The notes under the pieces were generated by a model. That model did not search any database, was not told where the DNA came from, and was given only the letters and a program-made list of their open reading frames with translations. Below, one piece after another: positions 10,113 to 20,711 of a stretch of DNA of 32,000 bases. Numbering within the stretch: position 1 is the first letter of the stretch; each line of letters begins with the position of its first letter. The translations under genes were made by a program, and so were the position numbers. Source of the DNA: Thalassolituus hydrocarboniclasticus (GTDB taxonomy: Bacteria; Pseudomonadota; Gammaproteobacteria; Pseudomonadales; Oceanobacteraceae); contig NZ_CP054475.1 in assembly GCF_025345565.1 (NCBI RefSeq), positions 2,844,006-2,876,005 on the forward strand. The letters are read 5' to 3'.

Positions 10113-11446
10113 TGTTTAGCCTGCGGAGGAGACGGGAATAAATCGTTCAGCTGTTTTTCGCTCGCCGCCATGTCAGCACCTTCGTGCAAGCTCTGGCGCA
10201 GCATCGCTTTGATTTTTGGCAGCCGTTCAATCGCCACATCCAACAGGTTATCGCTGCCAGGCTGATAAGCGCCAACACTGATCAGATCCTGATTCTGACG
10301 GTAATGAGACATCAGTTGTTTACACAGCTGCGCCTTACGCAGCCATTGCTCGCTGACGATCTGCGGCATTACCCGGCTGACCGATGCTTCAACATCAATG
10401 GCGGGATAATGGCCTTCTTCGGCCAGCTTACGTGAAAGCACAATATGGCCATCAAGAATTGCCCGGCTGGCATCGGCGATCGGGTCCTGCATATCATCGC
10501 CTTCACTCAGTACGGTATAAAACGCGGTAATAGAACCGCCACCTTCCTGACCGTTACCAGTGCGTTCAACCAATTTAGGCAATTTATTAAACACCGACGG
10601 CGGATAACCTTTGGTCGCGGGCGGTTCGCCCACCGCCAAAGCAATTTCACGCTGCGCCTGGGCATAACGGGTAAGCGAATCCATCAGCAGCAGAACGTTC
10701 TGCCCCTGATCACGGAAATATTCGGCAACCGAGGTGCAATACTGCGCGGCACGTAAGCGCATTAATGGTGAGTCATCCGCCGGAGAAGCCACCACCACAG
10801 AGCGGCTCAGGCCTTCTTCACCAAGAATTTCGTCAATGAATTCTTTCACCTCACGGCCACGTTCACCGATCAGCCCGACCACAATAATGTCGGCCTGAGT
10901 AAAGCGCGTCATCATACCGAGCAACACGCTTTTACCGACGCCGGAACCGGCAAATAAACCAATACGCTGGCCGCGGCCAACGGTCAGCAAGGCATTGATT
11001 GCACGGATACCAACATCCAGGGTTTCGCGAATGGGAGCACGGTGCAGAGGGTTTATCGGGCGTCCCTGCAGGTTGCCCTGATCAACATCCTGTAAAGGCC
11101 CTTTCTGGTCCAGCGGCCGCCCCGTGCCGTCCAGCACGCGGCCAAGCAGGTTAAACCCCACCGGAACATCAGCAGCAACCGACAGAGGCCATACCCGGGC
11201 GCCGGCGCGCAGGCCATCGACCTGCTCAATCGGCATCAGGAAAATACGTTCACGGTCAAAGCCAACGACTTCGGCTTCGATATCCTCGGCCTGCTTACGC
11301 TCGACCATGCAGCGGTCACCCACCCGCACGCTCAGCCCTACCGCTTCCAGGGTCAGGCCAACCATCCGGACAAGCCGTCCGGCTACTTTCGGCTGATAGG
11401 GTTTTTCCGGCAACTGAATATGCTGCCAGCGCTCACTCAGGCTCAT
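10109..11446 (-). CDS. fliI: Flagellum-specific ATPase FliI
   Basis: ORF runs to 11677, but the likely start is ATG 11446 ([27 protein letters not shown]...). Walker [44 protein letters not shown]. Confidence 0.97.
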   Translation of the reverse strand: MSLSERWQHIQLPEKPYQPKVAGRLVRMVGLTLEAVGLSVRVGDRCMVERKQAEDIEAEVVGFDRERIFLMPIEQVDGLRAGARVWPLSVAADVPVGFNLLGRVLDGTGRPLDQKGPLQDVDQGNLQGRPINPLHRAPIRETLDVGIRAINALLTVGRGQRIGLFAGSGVGKSVLLGMMTRFTQADIIVVGLIGERGREVKEFIDEILGEEGLSRSVVVASPADDSPLMRLRAAQYCTSVAEYFRDQGQNVLLLMDSLTRYAQAQREIALAVGEPPATKGYPPSVFNKLPKLVERTGNGQEGGGSITAFYTVLSEGDDMQDPIADASRAILDGHIVLSRKLAEEGHYPAIDVEASVSRVMPQIVSEQWLRKAQLCKQLMSHYRQNQDLISVGAYQPGSDNLLDVAIERLPKIKAMLRQSLHEGADMAASEKQLNDLFPSPPQAKQ

Positions 11447-12491
11447 ATCCGTGATCCTCATCAGGCTCAGCATTATCTGCGTCATCCTGACCAGCCGGCG
11501 CATCATTCTGGCTATCGCCGCCTGTATTAAGCGCTGTACTGAAGGCGGTGTTGATTTCGGAACCAGCAGATTCAGATACATCCGCCGGCAATTGCTCAGC
11601 CACTGAAGCCGCTGCAGGAGCAGACTCTGCTTCCGGCAACTGTTGCTGTTCACTCTCATCCGGAAAACTGGCTGCATGATGCATCAGTTGTGGTAACACA
11701 CTGTCGAGCAACTGATTAAGGTGGTCAGCCGCGGAATATTCCACCAGTGAGTGTTCACTTTCGATACGGCAAGCACCAGCCGGGAGTTTATCATCCACAC
11801 TGTAATGCAGTTCCTGGCCGGTAACATCCAGACTGGCCTGCAGATGACGGGCATCATCCGGACCAACAAACACTTTGATCTCTTCCTCGCCTGACGGTAA
11901 CTCGGCAAGCGCATGCTGCACAAAGCGGTGAATATTCACGGCGCCATCGGCCAGCTGAGAGCCAATAACCCGTTCGCAGATTCCGGCCACCAGTGCCGCC
12001 AGAACCTCCGGCAACTGCTGATCCCGCTCGTTCAGTGCACTCTGCAGTTGTTTTATAACCCGCTCAAGACGCCCGACCACGGCATTGATATCGGCCTGGC
12101 CTTTGCGTTTGCCATCCGCCTCACCGGCACCAAAGCCTTCTTCCCGGCCTTCGGCATGGCCCTGATCAAAAGCTGCTTTATAGCCTTCGGCATGTCCGGT
12201 GTCATAGCCTTCACGCTGCCCTTGCTGACGCCCTTCGATAAGCCCCTGCTCAAGACCCGCGTTATAAGCATCGCGGCGGATATTTTCCAGCTCTTCGGCC
12301 GTCGGCAGACTGACATCAGCAATATCATCGCCCTCATCGGAGGACTGTTCTGCCGCTGCTTTTTCAGCCGCTTCCTTCTCCACCAGCCAGGCCGGAGGCT
12401 CGGTCCAGAATGGCAGGCGCCAGGGTTTTACCTCCCTGGCTTCTTTAGCAGGAATGGGCGGCAGATGATGCTTCTGATGAAGTTCTGTCAT
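11433..12491 (-). CDS. fliH: Flagellar assembly protein FliH, with N-terminal GxxxG repeats and a long acidic C-terminal tail
   Basis: Between fliG and fliI; [42 protein letters not shown] repeat; FliH core ([33 protein letters not shown]). Confidence 0.93.
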   Translation of the reverse strand: MTELHQKHHLPPIPAKEAREVKPWRLPFWTEPPAWLVEKEAAEKAAAEQSSDEGDDIADVSLPTAEELENIRRDAYNAGLEQGLIEGRQQGQREGYDTGHAEGYKAAFDQGHAEGREEGFGAGEADGKRKGQADINAVVGRLERVIKQLQSALNERDQQLPEVLAALVAGICERVIGSQLADGAVNIHRFVQHALAELPSGEEEIKVFVGPDDARHLQASLDVTGQELHYSVDDKLPAGACRIESEHSLVEYSAADHLNQLLDSVLPQLMHHAASFPDESEQQQLPEAESAPAAASVAEQLPADVSESAGSEINTAFSTALNTGGDSQNDAPAGQDDADNAEPDEDHGYEPE

Positions 12492-12492
12492 G

Positions 12493-13527
12493 TTACATCA
12501 TGGCCTCACCGCCACCGCCCAGCACGATTTCGCCGGCATCGGCCAGACGACGGGCGATGGTGAGAATTTCTTTCTGTGCGCCTTCCACTTCGCTGACTTT
12601 GACCGGCCCTTTGGCCTCAAGGTCATCACGCAGCAGTTCGGCTGCACGTTTGGACATATTTTTGAAGATTTTTTCCTGTACCAGCGGGTCGGCGCCTTTC
12701 AGCGCAACCACCAACAGATCGGTAGAAACTTCGCGCATCAGAGCCTGAATACCGCGGTCGTCGACATCCACCAGATTGTCGAAAACGAACATAAGGTCCT
12801 GGATCTGAATACCCAGATCTTCGTCCACTTCCTTGATCTGTTCGAGCAGATCGCTGGCCATAGTACTGTCGACGAAGTTGACGATATTGGCCGCCACTTT
12901 GACACCACCAATACTGGTGGTCTGCGCGCCCGCTTTGCCGGAGAACTGACGCTCAAGAATATCGTTCAGTTCGTGCAGCGCTGCCGGCTGTACCGCTTCC
13001 AGTGCGGCGACACGCATGATGATATCGAGGCGGACTTTCTCATCAAAATTGGAGAGGATTTCCGCCGACTGATCGGCGTCCAGATACGAGACCACAATGG
13101 CCTGAATCTGCGGGTGCTCATGACGGATCAGGTCAGCCACCTGACGCGATTCCATCCATTTCAGCGAGTCCAGACCGGTGGTGTTACCGCCCAGCAGGAT
13201 ACGGTCGATGAGCGCACCGGCCTTATCATTCCCCAGCGCCTGAGTCAGCATGTTACGGATGTAATTATCCGAGCCCAGCCCCATACCGGTCTGACCGCTC
13301 ACCGCTTCAAGGAACTCGGCCACAACCCCTTCGACCTGGGTCTGGTTAATATTATTCAGAGTCGCCATCGCGGTACCGACGCGCTGTACTTCTTTCGGCC
13401 CCATATGCTTCAGAATTTCGGCCGCATCTTTTTCGCCCAGACTCATCAGCAGTACGGCAGCACGCTCCAGCCGGCTGAGTTTGGTCAGGCCGCTATCAGC
13501 TTCCGCTGGTGTGTTCTCATTTGCCAT
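12493..13527 (-). CDS. fliG: Flagellar motor switch protein FliG
   Basis: ERAAVLLMSLGEKDAAEILKHMGPKEVQRVGTAMA; EHPQIQAIVVSYLDADQSAEIL; C-terminal FliG charged helix region. Confidence 0.98.
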   Translation of the reverse strand: MANENTPAEADSGLTKLSRLERAAVLLMSLGEKDAAEILKHMGPKEVQRVGTAMATLNNINQTQVEGVVAEFLEAVSGQTGMGLGSDNYIRNMLTQALGNDKAGALIDRILLGGNTTGLDSLKWMESRQVADLIRHEHPQIQAIVVSYLDADQSAEILSNFDEKVRLDIIMRVAALEAVQPAALHELNDILERQFSGKAGAQTTSIGGVKVAANIVNFVDSTMASDLLEQIKEVDEDLGIQIQDLMFVFDNLVDVDDRGIQALMREVSTDLLVVALKGADPLVQEKIFKNMSKRAAELLRDDLEAKGPVKVSEVEGAQKEILTIARRLADAGEIVLGGGGEAMM

Positions 13528-15205
13528 GATCTTCGTTCACCCACTTGATTACGACCTGAGCTACCCGCGCCGGATCTTCGGCAATCAGCCCTTTCAGTGC
13601 ATCCAGCTGGCGCTCAAAACTTTCTGACGCCCCCGGCAGCAGGAATTCATCCATACCCGCCAGGGTGACTTTGTCATCATCCAGACCGGCTTCAGCGTCC
13701 TCCAGCTCATCCAGCAGGATCGAAGCTTCGTCGCGTCCACGGTTGGCAATACTCTTGATAGTAGGCCTGATCACACCAAAGATCAGCACCAGAATAAACA
13801 GGCCGGCAAGAATTTGTTTCATGATTTCCCAGAACCATGGCTGGGTCCAGAAATCCGGATCACCCAGTTCAATTTCGCCTTTGCCCATAAAGGGTGAATT
13901 AATGACGTTGACGCTGTCGCCGCGGGAGGCATTAAAACCAACGGCATCTTTTACCAGTACTTCAAGACGCTGCAGGTCGTTATCCGTCCAGGGGGTATAA
14001 ACCGTTTCGCCTTCGGCATTCACACTCGCGCGGTCATTCACCACCACAGCAACGGTCAGGCGGCGGATACGGCCAACCTGCTGTTGTTTATAACTCAGAG
14101 TGCGGTCAATTTCGTAATTACGGGTCGATTCAGAGCGGCGGTTAACCGCTGCACCAGCGCCTCCGGCACCACCATTAGCGACTTCCGGTGCATTGGCCGC
14201 AGCCGGCGGCTGATTGGACAAGGCTCCCGGAATTCCGCCGTTGGTTTTATCGGCATTTTCTTCGTTGAGTAACTGCTCGCTGCGCAGGGCAATTAAATCC
14301 GGGTTGTACAGTTCTTCACTTTGCTCCTGTACCGTGAAATCAACATCGGCCGAGACCTCTGCTTTATAGTTGTCGCTGCCCAGCACCGGCTTAAGAATAT
14401 TATTCACCGCCTGGGTAATTGAGCTCTGAACTTTTTCGGTATATTCAAGCTGTTTGTGAGCCAGCATTTCGCCGCTCTGCTCTTCTATTTTTGACAGCAG
14501 ATTACCCTGCTGATCAACCACCGACACATCGGCCCGATCCATTTCGCTGACACTGGATGCCACCAGATTAACAATGGCTTCCACCTGATCGCGGGATAAA
14601 TCACGACCGGCATATAATTCAACAAAGACCGACGCCCGCGGCTTGCGCTGATCGCGAACAAACACCGATTGTTTTGGCAATGCCAGATGCACACGGGCAT
14701 TACGCACCGATTTCACACTGGCAATAGTACGCGCCAGCTCACCTTCCAGGCCACGGCGATAACGGGCATTTTCAATAAACTGGCTGGTCCCCAGTGTGCT
14801 GTCTTTATCCAGCACTTCAAGACCAACGGTTTTATCGTCAATTAAGCTGGCGGCGGCCAGTTTCATTCTGGCTTCATGCAGATCCCCGGCCTGCACCATT
14901 AATATCTGGGTCGTGGGATCAATTTCGAAGGGGATACTTTCGCGCTGCAGTACCTCAATAATGTCCTGCGCATTATGATCCTGCAGACGATGAATCAACG
15001 GTTTATAGCTTGGTTCACGCGACCACATCAGAATGGCAATCGCCAAGGCAATCACCAGCGCGATACCGGCAATAACACCGATCTGACGAACAATAGAAAG
15101 ACGATTAAAACCCGATAAAACCGGGTGACCAGCCTCTGCCGTTTCCTGCGCGGCAGGCGGAGAAACTTCCAGATCGTCGGTCGTTGATGCGGCTGCGTTA
15201 TCCAT
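13517..15205 (-). CDS. fliF: Flagellar MS-ring protein FliF
   Basis: Two TM segments, YscJ/FliF motifs (ARVHLALPKQSVFVRDQRKPRASVFVEL; GLEGELARTIASVKSVRNARVHLA). Confidence 0.98.
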   Translation of the reverse strand: MDNAAASTTDDLEVSPPAAQETAEAGHPVLSGFNRLSIVRQIGVIAGIALVIALAIAILMWSREPSYKPLIHRLQDHNAQDIIEVLQRESIPFEIDPTTQILMVQAGDLHEARMKLAAASLIDDKTVGLEVLDKDSTLGTSQFIENARYRRGLEGELARTIASVKSVRNARVHLALPKQSVFVRDQRKPRASVFVELYAGRDLSRDQVEAIVNLVASSVSEMDRADVSVVDQQGNLLSKIEEQSGEMLAHKQLEYTEKVQSSITQAVNNILKPVLGSDNYKAEVSADVDFTVQEQSEELYNPDLIALRSEQLLNEENADKTNGGIPGALSNQPPAAANAPEVANGGAGGAGAAVNRRSESTRNYEIDRTLSYKQQQVGRIRRLTVAVVVNDRASVNAEGETVYTPWTDNDLQRLEVLVKDAVGFNASRGDSVNVINSPFMGKGEIELGDPDFWTQPWFWEIMKQILAGLFILVLIFGVIRPTIKSIANRGRDEASILLDELEDAEAGLDDDKVTLAGMDEFLLPGASESFERQLDALKGLIAEDPARVAQVVIKWVNEDHGK

Positions 15206-15220
15206 AAGTCAGTACCAGAA

Positions 15221-15619
15221 TTAAACCGGCATATTCATAACGTCTTTATAAGCTTCGACCAGTTTATTACGCACTTGGGTCATAGCCTGAAAAGAAACGC
15301 TGGATTTTTGCAGGGCAATCATCACTTCCGGTAAATCAACGGAAGGATCACCCTGCTCAAAACGGGTTGCCAGATTACCGGCAACTTTCTGATTGGCATT
15401 CACACTGTCGATGGCATTTTTAAACATGCTCTGAAAATCCGGTACGGTATTATCACCCCGTACTGCGGTTTCATTTTCGTTCAGCTTTGCCTGTCGAACC
15501 TGATTCAGTGTGGTTTGTGGATTGACTGACTGCGGTGCATTGGCATTCTGGCTGCGCAGCTGGTTTTTCACCTGCCGCATCTGCATCAGAACCGAATTAA
15601 TATCTACGCGATCAACCAT
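15221..15619 (-). CDS. fliE: Flagellar hook-basal body complex protein FliE
   Basis: C-terminal DLPEVMIALQKSSVSFQAMTQVRNKLVEAYKDVMNMPV is diagnostic of FliE. Confidence 0.96.
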   Translation of the reverse strand: MVDRVDINSVLMQMRQVKNQLRSQNANAPQSVNPQTTLNQVRQAKLNENETAVRGDNTVPDFQSMFKNAIDSVNANQKVAGNLATRFEQGDPSVDLPEVMIALQKSSVSFQAMTQVRNKLVEAYKDVMNMPV

Positions 15620-15709
15620 GTTGTTACCCTCAGCACTGCAATGATGGTCTGCCTGTTACTTCAGAAATTTGACGCTTTTAGTCACTTTTCTTACTCCTTT
15701 TACTGACAC

Positions 15710-15725
15710 TGCAATAGCCTTGCCA
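15710..15725 (-). promoter_or_regulatory. Sigma-54 (RpoN) promoter candidate upstream of fliE
   Basis: Minus strand reads TGGCAAGGCTATTGCA, matching TGGCACG-N4-TTGCW with 10 nt between GG and GC, about 90 bp upstream of the fliE ATG. Confidence 0.8.
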
Positions 15726-15740
15726 GTTTATAAAGAAGAA

Positions 15741-17111
15741 TCAGGAAACCAGCATGGCCTCGACATCCACACCTTCATCACGCAGTTTCGCCATTTTATA
15801 ACGCAGGGTACGCGGGCTGATTCCCAGACGGTCAGCGGCTTCTTTGCGGCTTGGCTCTTCTTTCAAGGCGCGCACAATCAATTCCACCTCGCGGTGGCGC
15901 AGGTCACTCCCCAGCTCGCCATCATCCACGATCACTTCCGCCATTACAGGTGTTACTACACTGGTATTTTCCTGACGGTTTTTCGGCACCGGAGTCAGAA
16001 TAAAATCATTGGCGAATAATTGCGGGCCGGTTTGCATAATTAACGCGCGCTGCATGGTGTTATCCAGCTCCCGGACGTTGCCCGGCCAGGGATGGGCCAG
16101 CAATTTCTGCTCAGCATCTGCCATCAGACGCGGTACAGGACGTTTCATTTTACGCGCATGGTGTGCCAGCAAGCGTCCGGCCAATGGCAGGATATCGTCT
16201 TTACGTTCACGCAATGGCAGCCACTGCAGCGGGAAAACACTCAGGCGGTAATATAAATCTTCGCGGAATTTTCCTTCGGCAACATAGTCGGCCAGTTCAC
16301 GGTTGGTGGTGGCGACAATACGCACATCCAGATCGAGCACTTTTTTTCCGCCCAGACGCTCAACCTGACGCTCCTGTAATACACGCAATAATTTGGCCTG
16401 CAGACCAAGGTCCATTTCCGTGATTTCATCAAGCAATAAGGTGCCACCTTCTGCCTGCTCGAATTTACCCGGCATGGCGTTATAAGCACCGGTAAATGCA
16501 CCTTTTTCATAACCGAACAGCATGGCTTCCAGCATGTTTTCCGGAATCGCGGCACAGTTAATAGCTATAAAAGGCTGGTGACGACGCCCTGACTGCTGGT
16601 GAATATATCGCGCCAGTACTTCTTTACCTGTGCCACTTTCACCGCTGATAAGCACGGTAGAATCGGTCTGCGCGACTCTCTGCGCCAGCTGGAATAACTG
16701 CTGCGATGCCAGCGCTTCACATACAGGTTCGGAGTCATCGGCCACCGGCGCATCGTTATTAAACGGACGCAGCAAAGCATCCAGCTCCTGCAATTCGAAG
16801 GGTTTCATTAAATAATCATTGGCCCCACGTTGCATGGCTTTAACTGCCTGGCCAACATCGCCATAGGCGGTCATCAGCACTACCGGCAGCCAGGGATGCT
16901 CCTGCTTAATGGTCTGCAGTAATTCCAGCCCGTCCATGCCCGGCATATTGATATCCGACAGAACCAGATCAAGATTCTGGCTGCGGACAATGGCAATCGC
17001 CTCGACACCATTCGGCGCTTCACACACCTCATGGCCTTTCAGCATCAGGGTATCAACAATAGCTTCGCGCAGACGCGGATCATCTTCCACTACCAATAAA
17101 CGCATAATCAT
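15741..17111 (-). CDS. fleR: Sigma-54-dependent flagellar response regulator FleR/FlrC
   Basis: Receiver domain (LLVVEDDPRLREAIV...LVLSDINMPGMDGLELL), AAA+ motifs [15 protein letters not shown] and GAFTGA, Fis-type HTH (SRKEAADRLGISPRTLRYKMAKLR). Confidence 0.96.
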   Translation of the reverse strand: MIMRLLVVEDDPRLREAIVDTLMLKGHEVCEAPNGVEAIAIVRSQNLDLVLSDINMPGMDGLELLQTIKQEHPWLPVVLMTAYGDVGQAVKAMQRGANDYLMKPFELQELDALLRPFNNDAPVADDSEPVCEALASQQLFQLAQRVAQTDSTVLISGESGTGKEVLARYIHQQSGRRHQPFIAINCAAIPENMLEAMLFGYEKGAFTGAYNAMPGKFEQAEGGTLLLDEITEMDLGLQAKLLRVLQERQVERLGGKKVLDLDVRIVATTNRELADYVAEGKFREDLYYRLSVFPLQWLPLRERKDDILPLAGRLLAHHARKMKRPVPRLMADAEQKLLAHPWPGNVRELDNTMQRALIMQTGPQLFANDFILTPVPKNRQENTSVVTPVMAEVIVDDGELGSDLRHREVELIVRALKEEPSRKEAADRLGISPRTLRYKMAKLRDEGVDVEAMLVS

Positions 17112-17129
17112 TTCCTCCGTTCTGACGGC

Positions 17130-18365
17130 TTAAACCGGCAAAATTAATTCCGCCGACACGCCACCGGCCGGACTGTCTGTTAATAAAAAGTCTGCCCGAT
17201 GAGCACGGGCAACTGCCTGAACGACAGCCAGACCAAGACCTGTACCATTGGCTTTAGTGGTATAAAAAGGCTCCATGATTTTCTGTTTCTGCTCCGCACT
17301 CATACCCGGACCGTTATCCATTACCTGAATACGGACACGGCCTTCGCGGGTGGCACTGACCAGAATTTCCAGATGCACAGGGTTGCTGCTGGATTCCAGC
17401 GCGTTATTCACAAGGTTCATCAGCGAACTGATCAGTGCATCACGGTTACAGACAATACGGACATGCGGAATCTGATTGTCGATATGACAGGTCGCGGCAA
17501 AATTCGCCAGCGGCACCTCCATCGCTGCGGCCACACCCTGCATTAATTGTTCGAGGGTCACTTCATCATTTAATGGCGCTTCACCACGGGCAAAAATCAG
17601 CATGTCGCGCACCTGATTTTCCAGGTGACGCAAACGTTCCTGCAGTTTTCCGGCAAAGCGGATACGGGTATCTTCGGCGATCTGTTCACCGGCCAGATGT
17701 CCGGCGTACAACGTGGCTGCCGCCAGTGGTGTACGGATCTGATGGGCCAGCGATGCGACCATTTTGCCCATCGCTGACAAGCGTTCGTGCTGACTCAGCT
17801 GCGCCTGCAGGGCACGGGTTTCGGTCATATCGGTTAACAGAATTAATTGCCCCGGCTCATTGGCCATCGGGGCTGTACGCAGGTGTACACGGCGACCGTC
17901 AACCAGAGAAATTTCATGGCCATCATCGCGGCGCGGCTTAAAACATTTCTGAATTAACGTGCGCCAGCGCTGGCCACACAAAGATGCAGCTCCGGAAGCA
18001 GCTAACAGCAGCTCGTCTGCGGCCGGATTGCTCTGGCGGACATAACCGTTTTTATCCAACAGCAGAACGCCGGCCGGTAATAATTGCAGCAGACTTTCCA
18101 GGCGGTGCGCGAGCCGCTCTTTTTCCGCGAGCTCCTGCATACGCTGCGCCGAGACATTGGCTAACTCACCACTGAGCTGCTCAACTTTATTTTCCAGAAA
18201 ACTGTAGGAGTCCGTCAGTTGCTGAGACATTTCACTGAACAGCACAAAGGCCTGGCGTAACTCTGCCTGATCCATATGTCCTGACGCTGGCGAAAGATGC
18301 TCTCTCACCTGACTCAACGCTGCATTTGCCATATCCACCTCAGTTGCTTGTCGAAAAACCGACAA
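17130..18365 (-). CDS. fleS: Flagellar sensor histidine kinase FleS/FlrB
   Basis: PAS-like region, H-box AMGKMVASLAHQIRTPLAAATLYA, HATPase motifs NLVNNALESS, DNGPGMS, GTGLGLAVV; directly upstream of fleR. Confidence 0.95.
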   Translation of the reverse strand: MSVFRQATEVDMANAALSQVREHLSPASGHMDQAELRQAFVLFSEMSQQLTDSYSFLENKVEQLSGELANVSAQRMQELAEKERLAHRLESLLQLLPAGVLLLDKNGYVRQSNPAADELLLAASGAASLCGQRWRTLIQKCFKPRRDDGHEISLVDGRRVHLRTAPMANEPGQLILLTDMTETRALQAQLSQHERLSAMGKMVASLAHQIRTPLAAATLYAGHLAGEQIAEDTRIRFAGKLQERLRHLENQVRDMLIFARGEAPLNDEVTLEQLMQGVAAAMEVPLANFAATCHIDNQIPHVRIVCNRDALISSLMNLVNNALESSSNPVHLEILVSATREGRVRIQVMDNGPGMSAEQKQKIMEPFYTTKANGTGLGLAVVQAVARAHRADFLLTDSPAGGVSAELILPV

Positions 18366-18388
18366 AAAAACAGTCTGAACATGGGTTG

Positions 18389-18404
18389 AGCAATTAGCGT
18401 GCCG
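18389..18404 (-). promoter_or_regulatory. Sigma-54 (RpoN) promoter candidate upstream of fleS-fleR
   Basis: Minus strand reads CGGCACGCTAATTGCT, which matches consensus TGGCACG-N4-TTGCW at every position except the first T. Confidence 0.8.
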
Positions 18405-18481
18405 TTTTTTTAGCGCGATTCATAAAGAAAAGCGTCAATAAAATAAGAAGATTCGGAGGATGGGGGTACAGAAGGAAAGAG

Positions 18482-18506
18482 AAACGCCGCGCAAAGCGCG
18501 GCGTAT
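18482..18506 (-). terminator. Rho-independent terminator downstream of fleQ
   Basis: CGCCGCGC-AAA-GCGCGGCG perfect 8 bp stem; minus-strand transcript continues into TTTCTCTTTCC. About 30 bp past the fleQ stop. Confidence 0.8.
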
Positions 18507-18535
18507 CTGCGGACTATTCAAAAAAGAAGACACCT

Positions 18536-19996
18536 TCAGGCAAAATCTTTTTCTTTACGCTGCAGATTATATTTGCGCATTTTCTCGACCAAAGTCGTAC
18601 GCCGGATATTTAATTTCTCAGCAGCACGGGCCACGATGCCGTTCGCATCATCCAGCGCCTGCTGAATTAATGAACACTCCAGATCCTGCAGATATTCACG
18701 TAAGTCCAGACCATTAACCGGCAGTAATGCGGGAGAGTCGATACCCGCCAGACGGCCATCATTCTGAGTTACATCGGCAATAACCGGCGCCGACAGGCTT
18801 TCGTCATTATCGTCCACATGACGGAATTTCTTCGGCAGTTCATTCACCCCTATCACGCCATAAGGATGCAGAATCGCCAGTCGCTCCACCAGATTGGCCA
18901 GTTCCCGCACGTTTCCATGCCAGTCATGGCGGCACAGCGACATAATAGCGGCAGAATTAAAGCGGATAGAACCACGCTTCTCATTTTCCAGGCGGGAGAT
19001 CAGCTCATTCAGTAATAACGGCAGATCTTCGACGCGCTCCCGCAGGGAGGGCATATCAATCGGGAAAACATTGAGACGATAGTACAAGTCTTCCCGGAAC
19101 GTACCGTCTTCAATCATCTGCTCAAGGTTTTTATGGGTCGCCGCAATGATGCGCACATTCGTCTCAATGGTTTTATTGCTGCCCACACGCTCGAACGTAT
19201 GCTCCTGCAGAACACGCAGTATTTTCACCTGCATATTCAGCGGCATATCGCCGATTTCATCGAGAAACAACGTACCACCTTCAGCCATTTCGAAACGGCC
19301 GGGACGGCTGTTAATGGCTCCGGTAAAGGCACCTTTTTCATGTCCGAACAATTCGCTTTCGAGTAATTCGGCAGGAATAGCACCACAGTTCACCGGTACA
19401 AAAGGCTTGTTCCGGCGGTGGGAATGGTAATGCAGGTTGCGCGCAACCACTTCTTTACCGGTGCCGGATTCACCCTGAATCATCACGCTGACATCTTTAT
19501 CGGCAACCTGCATAATCAGCTCACGAACATGCTGAACCTGACGACTGGTTCCGACCAGACTGCGGAAAAGCTGCACTTCACGGCGCTCTCCACGACTGCG
19601 GTTATGTGTGTATTGTTCGCGGTACACCTGACAGCGGTGCAGACTATCGAGCAGCTTGTTATAACTCGGTGGCATTTCCACATTAGCCAACAACGCACGG
19701 TGAATATGTTCTGGCATGCTATCGGGCAGTGAGCTGTCACCCATAAAAAGAATCGGAATTCCTTTATCCCAGCTCAGCAAACCTTCAATAACATCTTCCA
19801 GCGCAACAGAGTTGCTGTCACCAAGAAGGACGGCGCTGATTTCTGTACTGTCTTCAATTTTACCTTCCACCTCCCTGCGCCAGTCGGTGGTCTGAGCAAC
19901 AATGGCCTCTTCGCCAAGAAAATCAAGAATGACTTTCATGTCGTGTCGCCGCTGCGCATCATCGTCTACCAGCAGTACTTTAATTTCTCTCCACAT
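18536..19996 (-). CDS. fleQ: Flagellar master regulator FleQ/FlrA, sigma-54 enhancer-binding protein
   Basis: ORF to 20035; likely start ATG 19996 ([24 protein letters not shown]...). Degenerate FleQ-type receiver, [21 protein letters not shown], Fis-type HTH ([24 protein letters not shown]). Confidence 0.95.
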   Translation of the reverse strand: MWREIKVLLVDDDAQRRHDMKVILDFLGEEAIVAQTTDWRREVEGKIEDSTEISAVLLGDSNSVALEDVIEGLLSWDKGIPILFMGDSSLPDSMPEHIHRALLANVEMPPSYNKLLDSLHRCQVYREQYTHNRSRGERREVQLFRSLVGTSRQVQHVRELIMQVADKDVSVMIQGESGTGKEVVARNLHYHSHRRNKPFVPVNCGAIPAELLESELFGHEKGAFTGAINSRPGRFEMAEGGTLFLDEIGDMPLNMQVKILRVLQEHTFERVGSNKTIETNVRIIAATHKNLEQMIEDGTFREDLYYRLNVFPIDMPSLRERVEDLPLLLNELISRLENEKRGSIRFNSAAIMSLCRHDWHGNVRELANLVERLAILHPYGVIGVNELPKKFRHVDDNDESLSAPVIADVTQNDGRLAGIDSPALLPVNGLDLREYLQDLECSLIQQALDDANGIVARAAEKLNIRRTTLVEKMRKYNLQRKEKDFA

Positions 19997-20186
19997 GGTG
20001 GTCAGCCTTTCCTTCCCAATGTGACTATCGGTCAATTCTTCTTTTTATAACGTCATAAGATTGACTGGAACTACGTAAGTTAAGTAGCAATCCACAAGCA
20101 AGTCAAACTTCTGACGTTAAATAATAATTTGTTGTTAAGCGCTCACGCCGGGGGCATTTATAGCTGAATGTGTCGTCAAAAGACAA

Positions 20187-20219
20187 GGCACAATCCGTCT
20201 ATCCATGACAAATTGTGCC
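20187..20219. repeat. 8 bp perfect inverted repeat GGCACAAT ... ATTGTGCC between fliS and fleQ
   Basis: Read directly: GGCACAAT (20187-20194), 17 nt spacer, ATTGTGCC (20212-20219). Confidence 0.75.
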
Positions 20220-20246
20220 GGAATTCTGGAGGGAAATGATTAATTT

Positions 20247-20711
20247 TCAGACAGAAATATGACTTTCCAGACGGGCATCGCTGACAGCTGTAACAGAAGG
20301 CGATGATGCGCTGCCATTCAGACCTTGCAGATATTCCTGACGGATACCATCCCAGCCCTGTTTAACTTCCAGCAATAAACTCATGACCTCATCAATCATG
20401 GCCAGATCATTCTGACTGGTGGCTTCCAGCAGACGCCGGTTCATATAGTCGTAAAGACGGTCAAGGTTTTGCGACAACTCACCACCCGCCGAATGATCCA
20501 GACTGCCCTGCAATGTCTGGATAATTTCCATTACCCGTCCCAGCAGATTGGCCTTGGTGTCCATCTCTTTGCGTTCGATGGCTCCTTTCGCCTGTGACAT
20601 ACGCGTCAGCGCTGCCTCCATTAACAATTGAATCAGGCGATGAGGATCGGCATCCAACACCTCGGAAGTCACGTTTACCTGCTGATATTGCTGCGCACCG
20701 CTCTTATACAT
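20247..20711 (-). CDS. fliS: Flagellar export chaperone FliS
   Basis: ORF to 20852; likely start ATG 20711 (MYKSGAQQYQQVNVTSEVLDADPHRLIQLLMEAALTRMSQAKGAIE) matches the FliS N-terminus. Confidence 0.95.
   Translation of the reverse strand: MYKSGAQQYQQVNVTSEVLDADPHRLIQLLMEAALTRMSQAKGAIERKEMDTKANLLGRVMEIIQTLQGSLDHSAGGELSQNLDRLYDYMNRRLLEATSQNDLAMIDEVMSLLLEVKQGWDGIRQEYLQGLNGSASSPSVTAVSDARLESHISV

Noticed and set aside
11447-11677. N-terminal extension of the fliI ORF (77 aa)
   Set aside because: It overlaps the fliH 3' end in another frame. FliI homology starts at MSLSERWQ (ATG 11446), and the 14 bp fliH/fliI overlap is normal.
12490-13548. 352 aa plus-strand ORF antisense to fliG/fliF
   Set aside because: It is entirely opposite fliG, which has a convincing protein sequence. 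The antisense translation is His/Gln/Phe-rich with no recognisable domain and looks like a codon-bias shadow.
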